A DNA stretch of 64,000 nucleotides, taken from Podarcis cretensis (lineage: Eukaryota). The notes under the pieces are model-generated. The model saw nothing but the letters and a program-made list of their open reading frames with translations, searched no databases and was not told where the DNA came from. This document shows positions 11,222 through 23,868 of this stretch, piece by piece; the stretch's first letter is position 1, and each line of letters begins with the position of its first letter. The stretch spans positions 14,694,001-14,758,000 of the forward strand of contig OX638149.1 in assembly GCA_951804945.1 (NCBI GenBank), given 5' to 3'. The translations under genes were made by a program, and so were the position numbers.

Positions 11222-12102
11222 CTTTAGTTCAATTCCTCTTTCTTCTTCTAATTAATCAAGTGGATGACACTGCCAAGTTACTTGGGGCCAAGGGTTCATG
11301 CACCACCTCCTCCCTCCCCTTGCATGTGCACCCTGATGCCCAGCCTAACTTCCTGGTTTGAGCAAATCACAGTTTGCCGTGCATCTGAGTTGGGGAAACT
11401 GTGGTTTGCACAAATAATACCGTGACAATAACTCTGAGAGATGAAGGTTTCAAATTGTTGTGGGGAACCAATGTGAGTACAACAGGCTTTCAGTTACCCC
11501 TGCAACTTATGGAGGACAATAGGAACAGTGGTGGAGTGAAAGGGTTAGAATACCAGCATATTGCTTTGGAGCCATGTGTTGCTAAAGAGTTTGAAGTTTG
11601 GAAACCGTGATCTTCATGGTTAGTAATTCACATGATCCACGCCCTTAAAACACACCATAAAAACCACTGCTCTGTTGTGTCCTTCTCAGCTAAACACCTG
11701 AAGATGTGATAGATGTGGAATACCTCCTAAAATATCTATAAATGGTCTCCCGAACCCAAGGCTTAGAGAGGCATGTGATTGTGAACTGTGCCACTGCAAT
11801 TCACAGGTTGTGTGTGTGTGTGTGTTGCTTTAAATAACACAAGGAAGTACAGCAGGGAAGTATTCATAGAGCAGAATTATCTCCACAGATATTGCTTCTT
11901 AATTTCACATCTGGGCTAAATTAAAACAGCGTGAGACCTTGCGAACTGACTATTAATTAGCATGCCTTCCCAGTAATTAAACCAACTAATTCAAAGGGGG
12001 GGGGGGGAATTCATCCTAAAAGCTGCGAAGAATTTTCCTGCTGAAATTAAAATGCCACGGCAGCGACCCAAATTATTAGCATTATATCCTCAGTTCTGGT
12101 AC

Positions 12103-12312
12103 CTGGGAAGCATCCTGGGGGAATACAGCATCAAAGGCAAACATCTTTGGGATGGCTACTGCTCCTCTTCGGTGGCCAGCATTGGAAAGGCTGCTTGTAG
12201 ATGGGTCATAAAGTGTGATCTGCTTTTTCCGCGGGTCCACCTTCAAAAACGACATGGATTCCGATGTGTCATGTGTTCCTTGCGAGGGGCAAATTCTCAC
12301 CATCACTTTTAC
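12103..12312 (-). CDS. KIF26A: KIF26A exon (210 bp), start of motor domain
   Basis: gacttgcAG|GTAAAAGTGATG ... TCCCAG|GTACCA; encodes [70 protein letters not shown]. Confidence 0.95.
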
Positions 12313-13079
12313 CTGCAAGTCGTCAAAAATGCATGGGTTTAACTCTTTTAACTCCAAACAAAAACTGAGCTCAGACTTAAGATCATGGCCACTGGGCCCA
12401 TCACCATTATTTTATCTACACAACCAGAATGAATTTCAGGAACCCAAAAGTTGTATTGAAAAATATGGCTTTCAAGCCACCTGCCTCAAAATGACAACTA
12501 GGCATTCAGTTTTGGTGACTGCAACCCTGGTTTAAGGAGCCATTTGGCACCTAGATTATACAGTATATCTTATGTTTCTAATGCTGCTTGGTTCACCCAG
12601 CATAGCATTGTCTATGCCACTTGGAATCGGCTTTTTGACAGGGTTCTTTTCCAGCTCTGGCTTGAGTTGCCGGATACTGGGACCTTCTGAATGCAAAGCA
12701 TATGCTCTACCACAGAGTTATCTTCTGCTATGGCCTGTGGACTAGCACAAGAAACACTGTTCTGTTCTATTCATTGAGCTATGGCCCTTCCCCTAAGTAA
12801 CAGCATGGAGGGAGGTTCGCGTATTTATCATCTGAAGACTGTGACAAGTGTTGGCTTGCAAGAATGAATGGGGCAACAGGAAAATAACCTTGTATGTAGA
12901 GCACTGACATCACTTCAAATGCTGTGCTTTTCCATGGAGCCTTCACACACTCAGCTGCCAATCATTTAAAAGCACATGGTTGTCAAAGCAGGGAGAAATT
13001 AAGTTGTGCAAATGCAAGTGTGAACTAGCCTATAGTCTTGGTAGTATCTGCGATAGCTGTTACTCCTCCAACTCATCTC

Positions 13080-13221
13080 TAGGGCTGGGCAGTATCAGGT
13101 TTTCAACATCGTGATATATCACCAGCTAAACATCGCGATACACGATGTCTGAAATAATAATGGAGCTATGCAGAGACATTGGATGGCTTTATGGTTTTCC
13201 CCACATTGCGATTTTTGCATA

Positions 13222-13273
<52 letters not shown>

Positions 13274-13350
13274 TTCTTGATACATTGCCAGGTCAAAAAT
13301 TATGAAACTGATATCACAATATGGACTTCAAACCCGTTTTGGACAATATC
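13080..13350. mobile_element. Probable non-autonomous DNA transposon with internal (CA)n(GA)n microsatellite
   Basis: Starts TAGGGCTGGGCAGTATC with CGAT/ATCG-rich subterminal motifs; compound microsatellite at about 13222-13271; right end not resolved. Confidence 0.4.
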
Positions 13351-13988
13351 TCCTCTGTAGTTGCCCTGATCCAACTGCTTCCTTGGGTAAGCAGGAACTC
13401 CAAACCACCCACACATTCTAGCTTCCCCCTTCCCCTCTATTCTAAAAGGAGCACCGGTGCAGAGCGCTATGCTGTGCCCAGATATAACTGCTTATTTTAT
13501 CCATCTCAAGAAATATTCCTTTGCACGCAGCACTGTACATCTTTCTTCCAAATAACAAAGAGGTTAAATATCTACTGAGGCCTCCTTGGCTAGGGGGAAA
13601 AAATGTTGCTCTCAGGAACACAACATCACTCAAACACGTTAGCTCTGCAAAGTGGTCCTCTTATTCTTCTGCTGTTTGGCTTTCTTTCCCTTCTCCGCCT
13701 CCCCCAGCGCCTAGGCTGATATGAATATGAAAAGACAGTCCTAGAAAATAAGCGAACCTTAAAATAAAAGAAGCAGTTGCTTCAAAGGGGGGGAAAAGTG
13801 TATTGTAGGTGACACATTCAAGGCTGCGTGAAGCTCCTAGCAGTGCATGCATGCTAGAGAGCGTCCTCCGACCTTGACATATCGCCAAGAGGGCGGGAAA
13901 ACACTCCTCTCTGTGCAAAAATATACAAAAAAGAGGACACCACTTCAAAAATGCACCGAATTAGAAGGAAACTGAAAGCACATGTCGT

Positions 13989-14241
13989 AGAAGAAGAAGA
14001 AGAGTTTGGATTTGATATCACACTTTATAACTACCCTAAGGAGTCTCCAAGCGGCTAACAATCTCCTTTCCCTTCCTCCCTCACAACAAACACTCTGTGA
14101 GGTGAGTGGGGCTGAGAGACTTCAGAGAAGTGTGACTAGCCCAAGGTCACCCAGCAGCTGCATGTGGAGGAGCGGAGACCCGAACCCGGTTCACCAGATT
14201 ACGAGTCCATTGCTCTTAACCACTACACCACGCTGGCTCTC
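13989..14241 (-). mobile_element. tRNA-derived SINE, Squam3-like, (CTT)n tail
   Basis: Minus strand reads GAGAGCCAGCGTGGTGTAGTGGTTAAGAGC (box A) ... GAACCGGGTTCG (box B) ... CAAATCCAAACTCTTCTTCTT. Confidence 0.85.
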
Positions 14242-14575
14242 CAAATACACCGGTAAACTGTGTTTATCTGCACTGAGTTTTACAGTTAGTGTGGGATGGT
14301 GGCTAAGGTAATCACATTTCCATCCTGACCTTAAGAAGAATGTTACCTTCAACAGCAACAATTTGCTGTAGTGTCTTAAAAACACTTGGCTATGCGAAAG
14401 GATGTAAGCCAAGGCTGACTCTTTTCACACCCAGAGCCTAAAATATGTCGTCCCATAACGGCTCATATACTCTTATGTTAGGCTTGTAAACAGAAAGAGA
14501 AATTATAATCATAATCTTAATAAATTGCAAGCTAATAAGAGGGGAAAAACTAGGCCAACACATTCCTTAGGAGTT

Positions 14576-15040
14576 TGTTGTTGTTTAGTCGTTTAGTCGT
14601 GTCCGACTCTTCGTGGCCCCATGGACCAGAGCACGCCAGGCACTCCTGTCTTCCACTGCCTCCCGCAGTTTGGTCAAACTCACGTTAGTAGCTTCGAGAA
14701 CACTGTCCAACCATCTCATCCTCTGTCGCCCCCTTCTCCTTGTGCCCTCCATCTTTCCCAACATCAGCGTCTTTTCCAGGGAGGCTTCTCTTCTCATGAG
14801 GTAGCCAAAGTATTGGAGCCTCAGCTTCAGGATCTGTCCTTCCAGTGAGCACTCGGGGCTGATTTCCTTAAGAATGGATATGTTGGATCTTCTTGCAGCC
14901 CATGGGACTCTCAAGAGTCTCCTCCAGCACCATAATTCAAAAGCATCAATTCTTTGGCGATCAGCCTTCTTTATGGTCCAGTTCTCATTTCCATACATCA
15001 CTACTGGGAAAACCATAGCTTGAACTATACGGACCTTTGT
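14576..15040 (-). mobile_element. BovB (RTE LINE) 3' fragment
   Basis: ORF MVFPVVMYGNENWTIKKADRQRIDAFELWCWRRLLRVPW...LEKTLMLGKMEGTRRRGRQRMRWLDSV...HGATKSRTRLND* with a (CAA)n tail; possible 7-bp TSD AGGAGTT (14569-14575, 15045-15051). Confidence 0.92.
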
Positions 15041-16639
15041 ACTGAGGAGTTATAATACCTGCCAGAACCTAATACCTGCCAGAACCCAGCACTGGAAAGG
15101 TGTCTCCTATCTAGAATTAAGGGTTGGCACTTGGAAGGATTGTTTTTACTTCCTAAGTATCCTTTTTAAAGAAGTAAGCCATCCCATAGTTCCCACTCAG
15201 CTGTCTTGTGTGTGAATGCAATAAGGAAATTAATTCTTCTCTCTGTAAGCTTTATGGGGTGGACAAGGACGTACAGCATAATTAAAAACGAGTCCGAATA
15301 CAACTGCTCCCATCAAGTAATGTGTACAAAAATGCACATATTAGAGTGCACATATGTGCATAATTTTAGGGGAAATGACATACAAAAATATCTGACACTG
15401 GGGGAAACGGCTTGGTGCATATTTCTCAAAGCTCCACTTAATACTGAAACCAAAAACCTGTTCATTAGTTATGTTGAAGAATTTTCATGAGGATTTTTAA
15501 AAAAGAAAAAAGAACCCTCAACAGATTACAGCAGAATTGTGGAGAACTGAATTTTAGGGAAAACGAGAAACTGAGAGAACCAAAACTGACGAATTTGTCC
15601 AGCCTTAGCCCCAAGCAGCAAAATGTTTTGGGGACAGAACTGCTTTTCTTCCCCCCAATTCCTATCCACTCTCTATTGTGTCTCTCAGACAAAGCAACAT
15701 GGAAGTAGCCAGACAACTACGAATGGCGGCACAATCCATGGTTTTGTGGGTGTAAGGCATTGTCTCTATTTTCCTGGGGTTGCCTCTAGCTCTCTGCAGG
15801 GAGATGTGAGGCCGTGAGAAGGGGTGGAGGAAAGCAGGTGAGGAGGAGAAGATCAAAAGGACATCTCAAGGGGAAAACTTCTTTTTTTTAAGAGACTTAC
15901 AGGCCCATAACCATGGGGGCGATTAAAGTGTTTCAATCACAATTCATCGCCCTAGGGATAAAGGTGATTCCCCTAGAGGCCACAACCTGCCCAGTCAACA
16001 AGAACAAGAGGAAAAGCCCAGACTTGAACGCCTGAGGACATCACCACCCGCATCCAGGGGAGCTGAGAAAAAGCTATACACTTGCAAAGTCAGCGGCAGA
16101 AAGCTTGCAATTTCGAGGAGTAAAAACAGGATGCGTCATCATCATCCTGACACCGAGCCCCTAATTTTCATAATTCATTTTGCCTTGCCCTTCCCCTCTC
16201 CTCTCACAAGTATGCAATCTCAGTTATGCACACTGATGACTGAACAAATTTAAGGGGATGAAAACACCTGCCATGTATTCAAATGCTTTTATTCCCTTAA
16301 TTAAGCGTTTTTTAAAAAAACTTATTTTTTCTCTCCTGTGCAACAAGAACAAGTGACCTCATCTGAGAGCGAGAGAATTGAGGACTTCACACAAAAACAC
16401 TGAAGATGAGTTTGAATTGGCTTCTGGTGTACACATGTGCAAAGAATTCAAAAGTTACTTTCCGAAATGATGAAACAAGAGGCAGAGATGGCCACCAACT
16501 TTGGCGGCTTTGAAAGGGTTTTCTTTCTCCAAGATGGAGCTACCTTCCCAGGTGGATGAGCCCCATGTGAATAGAACAAATTCATAGAGGATAAGGCTAC
16601 TTAGCCACACACTCTTTTTGAAGAGCTAGGGCAAGGGTA

Positions 16640-16772
16640 ACCAATGTTATGACCTCCAGAAGATGTTGGACTACAACTTCCATCATCCCTGACCACAAGC
16701 CTTTCTGGCTGCGGCTGATGGGAAGTACAGTCCAACGACATCTGAAGAACACCATGTTGGAGACCCAAGGGC
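16640..16772. mobile_element. Degraded palindromic hAT-like MITE
   Basis: GGACTACAACTTCCATCATCCCTGACC ... GATGGGAAGTACAGTCCAACGACATCTG core shared with the other MITE copies. Confidence 0.6.
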
Positions 16773-17356
16773 TGGAGAACTGCAAAATGATTTCATTCGC
16801 ACCATCGCAGTCACAGAAAGATATTGAAGATGTCTGCCGAAATTTGTTCAGAGCATGCATTTGTATACCATATATATCTATATCTCCATCTGTGCATTTG
16901 ACAAACATTAAAATCTGAAGAGAAACATATGGTGACCTTTTCTGTCACACTTGAATATTCCTTGGCTTTCAGTTCCCTTCTTTCTGCCTTTTTAGAAAAG
17001 GACCTAAATCAGATGTGCCTTTTGGCTTAACCCATCAGTCCTCATCCCTAGCAAAAATGAAGTCTACATGACTGTACATAACTGCAGATAAAGCTCTGTT
17101 GTACTGCTTGACAGGAGCTGAAAGCAAGCTAGTGGAGAACCAGTCTGGTTTGCTAGTTTTCTGTTTAGACTTCTGTGTTGCTCTTCAATATAAAACTTTC
17201 AGGGCAATATACATAAAAACCAACTGAGCTAACTGGCGTTAGCAGCAAGTGAGGAAACTGGGAGAGCCTGTTTGCAAGCTATTTATTGGTCCCTCGCCCT
17301 GCAAACTCAAGCCTGAGATACCATCTTTCCTGATACCAAATGTAGGCATTTAGGGC

Positions 17357-17703
17357 AGGTAAGCGCTGTGGGTTAAACCACAGAGCCTAGGACTTGCCAA
17401 TCAGAAGGACGGTGGTTCGAATCCCCGGGACGGGGTGAGCTCCCGTTGCTTGGTCCCTGCACCTGCCAACCTAGCAGTTCGAAAGCACGTCAAAGTGCAA
17501 GTAGATAAATAGGTACCGCTCCGGCGGGAAGGTAAACGGTGTTTCCGTGCACTGCTCTGGTTCGCCAGAAGCGGCTTAGTCATGCTGGCCACATGACCCG
17601 GAAGCTGTACGCCGGCTTCCTCAGCCAATAAAGCAAGATGAGCGCCATAATCCCAGAGTCTGTCACGACGGGACCTAATGGTCAGGGGTCCCTTTACCTT
17701 TAC
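17357..17703 (+). mobile_element. Sauria SINE
   Basis: GCGCTGTGGGTTAAACCACAGAGCCTAGG head, box B GGTTCGAATCCC, TTTACCTTTA tail; closely similar to the copies at 33700 and 47793. Confidence 0.92.
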
Positions 17704-19339
17704 GCCAGAGGTAGCGTCTCTGTGTCACACAAAGTAGTAAGTCACCAAATGACTAAACTGAGATGTCAGGGTAATCAGAAAGAAGGACTTTTAACACTAT
17801 ATATTGTTGACACTATTCTGCTGGTGGGGGACCTCTGTTCCATGGGCCCATTCAGGCCTCCCACTTTGGCCCGCAAGACCATTCTGGCTAGGCCACACCC
17901 ACCTGACACTCGCCTGACATGTGCCATCAGGTGTGGGGGCAGGTAAAGCTACAGCTGTATTCTAAAGCCTTAGGAGTGTGGTCCTGGTTGTTTTCAGCTG
18001 TGGCTGGCTGGCATTCAGTGCTGTTTCGCTCTGCTGTCGATAACAAAGCGCACTGCTTTCGGCAGATATCAGAGCACCCATACAACTTGTATTCGGCGCC
18101 AAACTGAAACAACGCCAAACACAAACCACCCTGCAAAGGAATAACTGGGAACACACTCTAAGCCACGTGCTTCCAGTGCTCCTTTGCAATGCAGCAGGAG
18201 TTGGACCCATTCCTGCCATCATGTGGAAAAAAGACTGCTCACCTATCAATGAGGTTCATGTGGGGATGGCCACTCTTGAATCGGGCCCTGTTTGGAAAAA
18301 GTGCTCCCCGCCCATCAATATGACTACTTCCTTCTCTTTTGCTACAACAGGGCAAGTGGCAAGATGGCAGACGTGACTTTCAAAGACCTAAATCCACATT
18401 GGCCATGCAATTTCAACTAGCCTGTTTCTTTGGAAGGCTTTCTGCTAAGAACCAAGTTGTAATTTCTGCAAATTACCCTAAAACAAACGCACGCAAGGCA
18501 GCCCCACTAAGCATCCTCATAAGAGCGGATGCTTGTCTTTATTCATGAAGCCGTCTGTATTATGCAAATCACACAACTATCTTGCTAATTAACTGCCTCT
18601 GTAATTCATGTGGGTTTTGTACACTGTAGGTTAACATTAAACTGCTGAACTTCCCAGATTTATATATTTGAGCCAGTCTGGGGGGAGGGGGAGGGGGGTC
18701 AGTAGAATTACTAAGGGAAATCCTATTAAATTCCAAGCCTGTTTGGTTAAAGAGAGAAAGAGAAGAAGAAAAAGAAAAAGAAAAAGAATATGATAATTGC
18801 ATACGCTGAAAAGGCTTCAAGGGACAGGGGTTTTCATGTGAGTAAGTAATTTGGAAAGTTCCTGGAAATGGATGGGCAGGAGGATCAGGGTATATCTGGC
18901 AAGGAACTGTTAACAATGGGTGTTCATTTAAATGTCAATGCAGTGGATGGAAGGAAGATATCCTGGGAATGTCCTTTTCTCTCATTGATCTGGTTGTCAA
19001 CATATAGCAGGAGTCAGGGAAAAAGAAAGGTTACCAAAGCAAAACATACACATGCACACAAGTTGTAATCCTCCTGTTCCTGCCACTTTTAAGGGCAAAT
19101 TAAGTGGATATATGCTGAAGTCGGCAAAAAAAGAAAGAGAGAACAAAGATTTCCCCCTCCTTTCAAACACTCATTTATGCGTACACAGCAAAACATTTAA
19201 AGAAGACTTGTAAACAGCACAAAAAAGACAATTCTCTTTTTAGCATTTTTTTCTTTCTTTCCTAAGGGAATAGTCCAATATAGGCAGAAAACAAGCACTG
19301 GGTTGTTATCAATGAAGTCAACGGGCCACTGGGCTATTC

Positions 19340-19620
19340 AGATGGGGCTCATCTACCTGGGAAGGTAGCCCATCTAACAGAAAGAAAACTCTGATGCAAA
19401 AACCCCACGGCTTTCAGGGTTATCTTTGGAAGAAGAAAAGGCTAAGGTGTAAACCCTACACAAATCCGGAGTGGAGTCCCTAAGGCCTTGTACGCCTCCT
19501 CCAGGCAACTCCTGCAGCCAAACTGTTGTTCTTCATCCTTTGGACCACATCAGCAGCCCAGGACCGCCATACACACTGCCCAGGCATTCGACTTCAGTTC
19601 TGGAGGTGCACTCCATTCTC
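19340..19620 (+). repeat. Unclassified dispersed repeat, copy 1 of 3
   Basis: GAAGAAGAAAAGGCTAAGG-TAAACCCTACACAAATCCGGAG...GCAACTCCTGCAGCCAA...TTTGGACCACATCAGC...CCATACACACTGCCCAGGC recurs at 54290/58063 and 60545. Confidence 0.75.
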
Positions 19621-21974
19621 TCTCAAGACAAAGCAACAATAACTGGGCGATTCATGTCCACTGAGTCTAATGGGTCTACGATGAGTATTACTTAGTTGGA
19701 TTCAACCCAAGGGGCCTTCAACAACCACCCAGAAAGCAGCGGTGGATGGGGGCAGCAGCAAAGAGGTCCAGGATTTAAGGCCCATTTCCTTTCCTTCCTG
19801 CTCTTTCTATGTCCCCACTTGAAATTGCCCACATTCTATCTAACCAATGGGCCACGCCGCCATAACATGTAGTAGTTACAGCCTTAGTTCAGAGTTAAAG
19901 GTGTTTTGTGGATTTAATTGCAACTGACAGATATATAACCCTTGCAAAATTGGTTTACTGTGCGCAGTTCTCAGACACCCCTCCATGTACTGCTTCTGAT
20001 AGCATATGGCAAATTTATATGCAAAAATGGCTACGCTAGGGGAGACTATCAAACTCTCGTGGGAGAACGTCAAAGAAGCACTTTTATATTGTCGCCGTTA
20101 GAAAGTGGCCTCTATTACGCAAAAATTGATTCCCTGCTTCCCCAAAGGTGTGCACAAAACCATTTTATTTTATTTTATTTTCAAAGTAGGCACAGAATAG
20201 AAGAAAATATGTATTTTCTATACAATTTTCCACCTTTGGTTTCATTCATTGAACGTATTAGCTGGAGCGACTTCATCCTACTGTGCGCATTATTAATCAT
20301 TCATATAGCTGCACAATGCACACAGGCTGTCTGGGGGCTGTTTTTTAGGATTGTTTTCTCTTGTTTTGCTTTACAACAATCCTGTGAGGGAGATCACCAC
20401 GAGTTTCATTTTCCAGAGAGGGCTATGGAGGGTCTTCGGCATTCAAAGGAGGAGAGGGAGAGGTAGATGCCTTTGACCCAACCGTAGGCATGGACTGAAT
20501 TTTTTTCCAAAGGAGCAAGATGATTTATATTGGAAGCTGCATTCCAGTCATTAGGAAACAAGCGGCAATAAAGATGACAAAATTAAGTAGCTATTTGTTA
20601 TCCATCAAACAGCTATCATAAGGAGAAGTGATTAGGGCATACAAGCAGCTTAGGAAAAAGCCTACAGGATCAGTAAATCATGTTAGTGGGACTTGGCTAT
20701 GGCTTGGGGAAATGAATAAGAAAACAAAAAAGACCAAATGTCATTTTAAGAAATGATAGAAGGCAAAACGCATGATTTTTCCACGTACGTTGTTGGATGA
20801 TTCAAGTTCTCTCTCTCATGCAATCATGGGCATGCGCGTGCATGCACACCCTTCAATTGTCTGACATCAAAGGATTCTGTCATTCCAACAATTGTTGTTT
20901 TCTTTAAAAAAAAAAAAAAAACCCTGACAGGAGCTTAGGAAAAAGACAGGCACTTACAGTTACTCTGGTAAGCGATGCTGCGCTACAAAGCGTGTACAGA
21001 ATAGAACCCCAGGAAAAACAACATTTTTTCACAGGGGAGAAGGGAAGTTCCTTACTAATCTACATAGGTTGGGGGGGGCAGTCAAATTAGAATGCAATGC
21101 AGCAGTCGTTGCAAAAAGGATGTCTTTTTTTTTTAATACCACAATCTGATAAATTATCTTAAGTAGCACATTAATGTCAGAAATTGAGCATAATCTAACT
21201 TCTTTTGGTAGCAGTATTAAATGGCTTTCAAACATCTTTCCTACTAGTCTGACATTAAATTTAATAGCACTCAAAGAGACGTGGGGGAAAAAATGTTTCG
21301 GTTTTTCTTTTTTAAAAAAGGGGGGCCCAAACTACAGCACTATTGCCTCTTAACCAAGATCCTGTTGAAATGATGTGAATTCTGAGGTTATTGGCACTTC
21401 TAGGGAACAAGATAAGTAATTTGCTGTGTAACATTAATCAAATTAACAGGGCCATAAGCATTCCATGTTGTATGTGTGTGGCCTAGCACAGAGTTGCATC
21501 TCTCAAACATGGCTAATAGACTTGGAACACAGGCTTATGCATTCATTTTCTCTCCAATATTTCCAGTACAAATGCATCCCTCACCTGAACACCATTTGGT
21601 GGACATTTGCATTGTGACATAAATTTAGGAAAACATGAGCAACGATGGCATCACTTGTTGACTTTGCCTGTAGATGGCTTCACAGGTGCCTAGCATGGTG
21701 CGAGACATTCCTCTGAGTTTGGTGACTTAGGATGTTTGTACTAGCAATGAAGGTGTCCTCTGAATATTCCCACTATCGGCTTAAATTATAGGTTCGGTGC
21801 AGATGTCAGTTTAACCGTAACGGGGCATCATCTTGGCAGCTACATGGTTAACCCTAACCAGGCAACGAAAGTCCACTTCTACTCTGGTTGCACAGAATGC
21901 CTGGTTTGGTGCAAATGTTACAGTAAACTATGGTTAGAGGCAAGAGGGTAAAGGTAGCAGAATTTATGCCAGAG

Positions 21975-22024
21975 AAGAAGAAGAGGAGGAGGAGGAGGAG
22001 GAGGAGGAGGAGGAGGAGGAGGAG
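21975..22024. repeat. (GAA)n(GGA)n microsatellite
   Basis: Directly visible purine triplet run. Confidence 0.95.
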
Positions 22025-23420
22025 AGTGGAGCATTTGTCTGGAAACCTTGTGGTAGGGAACATTTTTTTACATGGGAGAGACTTGAGGGAAGATTGGGGA
22101 ATCAGCAACTGGGGGTCTTTGGTGCCAAACACAGCCCCTTTAAGAGGATTATGGGGTCCCAAAGTAACCAGCCTAGAAGGTGTGGCATGACTGACAGCTG
22201 TGGCAATGGGGCTTACTGCCACGTCACCTTAAAGGTTGGGGCGGATTGAGAACCTAGACCTCTCAAAAGTGGTCTTCTAGCAAAACTAGTTGCTGACGAC
22301 GACACTAAATTAGCTCTTTCCAGCTCCATGATTCCATGAATTAATTCTGTCATAACTGTGCTTAAAATGTTAACACAAGTCGGTGCTCCTTTTTCAGCTC
22401 TCCAGAAACGAGCAGAGTTCTGAAGTTTAAAGCGGTAACCTTTTCTCTAGCTCAATCATAAGAGCCAGCTTTCATCTGACAAGGTAATTTAGAGAGATAT
22501 ACACTGGGGGGAAATTCTTGCAAGTTGTAATATGTTTCTTTAGTTCTTGCGCTCCTTTATTAGGTTTTGGGTTTTTTTAAGGCACAATTTCACAAGGGGG
22601 GGGGGAAATCCAATGAATGACAGTAATCGAATCAATGGGGGCTTAATTTGCTAAAGAACAACACATGTTTAGATTCTACACTCTTAACAAAAGAATCCCT
22701 CAAGACTGGCTTTTCTGCATGTATGTTTATGTAGTCAAAAATAATCTGTCTGCAAAATCTCTAGCAAGGAACTGAATCTGTAGTGGTAGCCAACAAGCTG
22801 TGCAGTGCTATTCCTGATTTATGCCCTCTGGGCACGGATAGGATTGTTCCCAATGCCACGTCTGTCGGTGAAACCTGAAGTTGCCCGTGTAGGAAATCTA
22901 CCTGGCTGTTAACAACACTGGTGAAACTCTTACACTAGTGGAAAACTGCTGATGTGAAGGAAATTCTGGATGTACCAAGGGGTCAGACGGATTGGCCTCA
23001 ACCAAGGACGTATGCCCAGGGGGCACAAAAATCGTGCTTCTCCACTCTGGCTCAAAATGGATAGGAGACAACCTGCCCATCCACACACTCCCCGGGCAGC
23101 TGCTACACTGCTCAGGGTGGCCAACATCTCCTTGCCAATGGCACAAGGGATGGTGGAGGGGTAACAGCTCCTTGCCAATGGAACAAGGGATTTGGGGGGG
23201 GGGGCACAGATACAACTTCTTGCCCAGAAGGGAACAGGGAATGCCAATATGTCTCCTTGCCAAGGTGAAGGAATGGGTTTCTGTGCAGTCAGTTTGAAAC
23301 TGACCCAAAATCCCCATTTTTCCTCCTCCAAGGGAGCATTTCTAAAATGCTCTAACTTGAGCTCTTGAGCCAAAACCCAGCTGTATAAACAAGTGCTCAA
23401 AGCTCTCTCCTTTATCAGTC

Positions 23421-23868
23421 TGTGACAGCAATGAGTGGCCTTGCCAGTTCCAGTAGAGCAGGGATGACACATCTGGGTCTTATCTTACATCCTGACCACA
23501 AAAGAGGCACAGACCTTGTCTGACAAGAGACCCGGGAAAGGCGCCAGGGGTTGGTGACCTCCTGCCCCAGATAAGAGTATAGGAACAGGAACAACCTTTT
23601 ATGATCAAGAGTGCCGGAACAGGAATAACTGTGGTCATGGATGTCAACTTACATGTATAAGCTGACGTGCTTGAATTCCTGGGGAAGGGGGGAGAGGGTG
23701 CCTGGAGGATATATATACTGCATGAAAATTCTCATTTCTTTGGACATACTGTGGACTGACCAGGCAAGTGCCTTCTGCTATCCGGAAAGCAGAATAAACT
23801 CTTTCTCTGAATCAACCTAGGTGTCATTTGACTTCCTTCCTCCCTCCCGGGAGCAACGCAGACCCCAC
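23421..23868 (+). mobile_element. Solo LTR, ERV-like
   Basis: Starts TGTGAC; internal TGACGT, TATATATA (about 23710) and AATAAA (about 23793) in U3-R-U5 order; 5-bp direct repeat CAGTC at 23416-23420 and 23869-23873. The 3' end reads ...CCCCAC rather than canonical CA. Confidence 0.65.
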
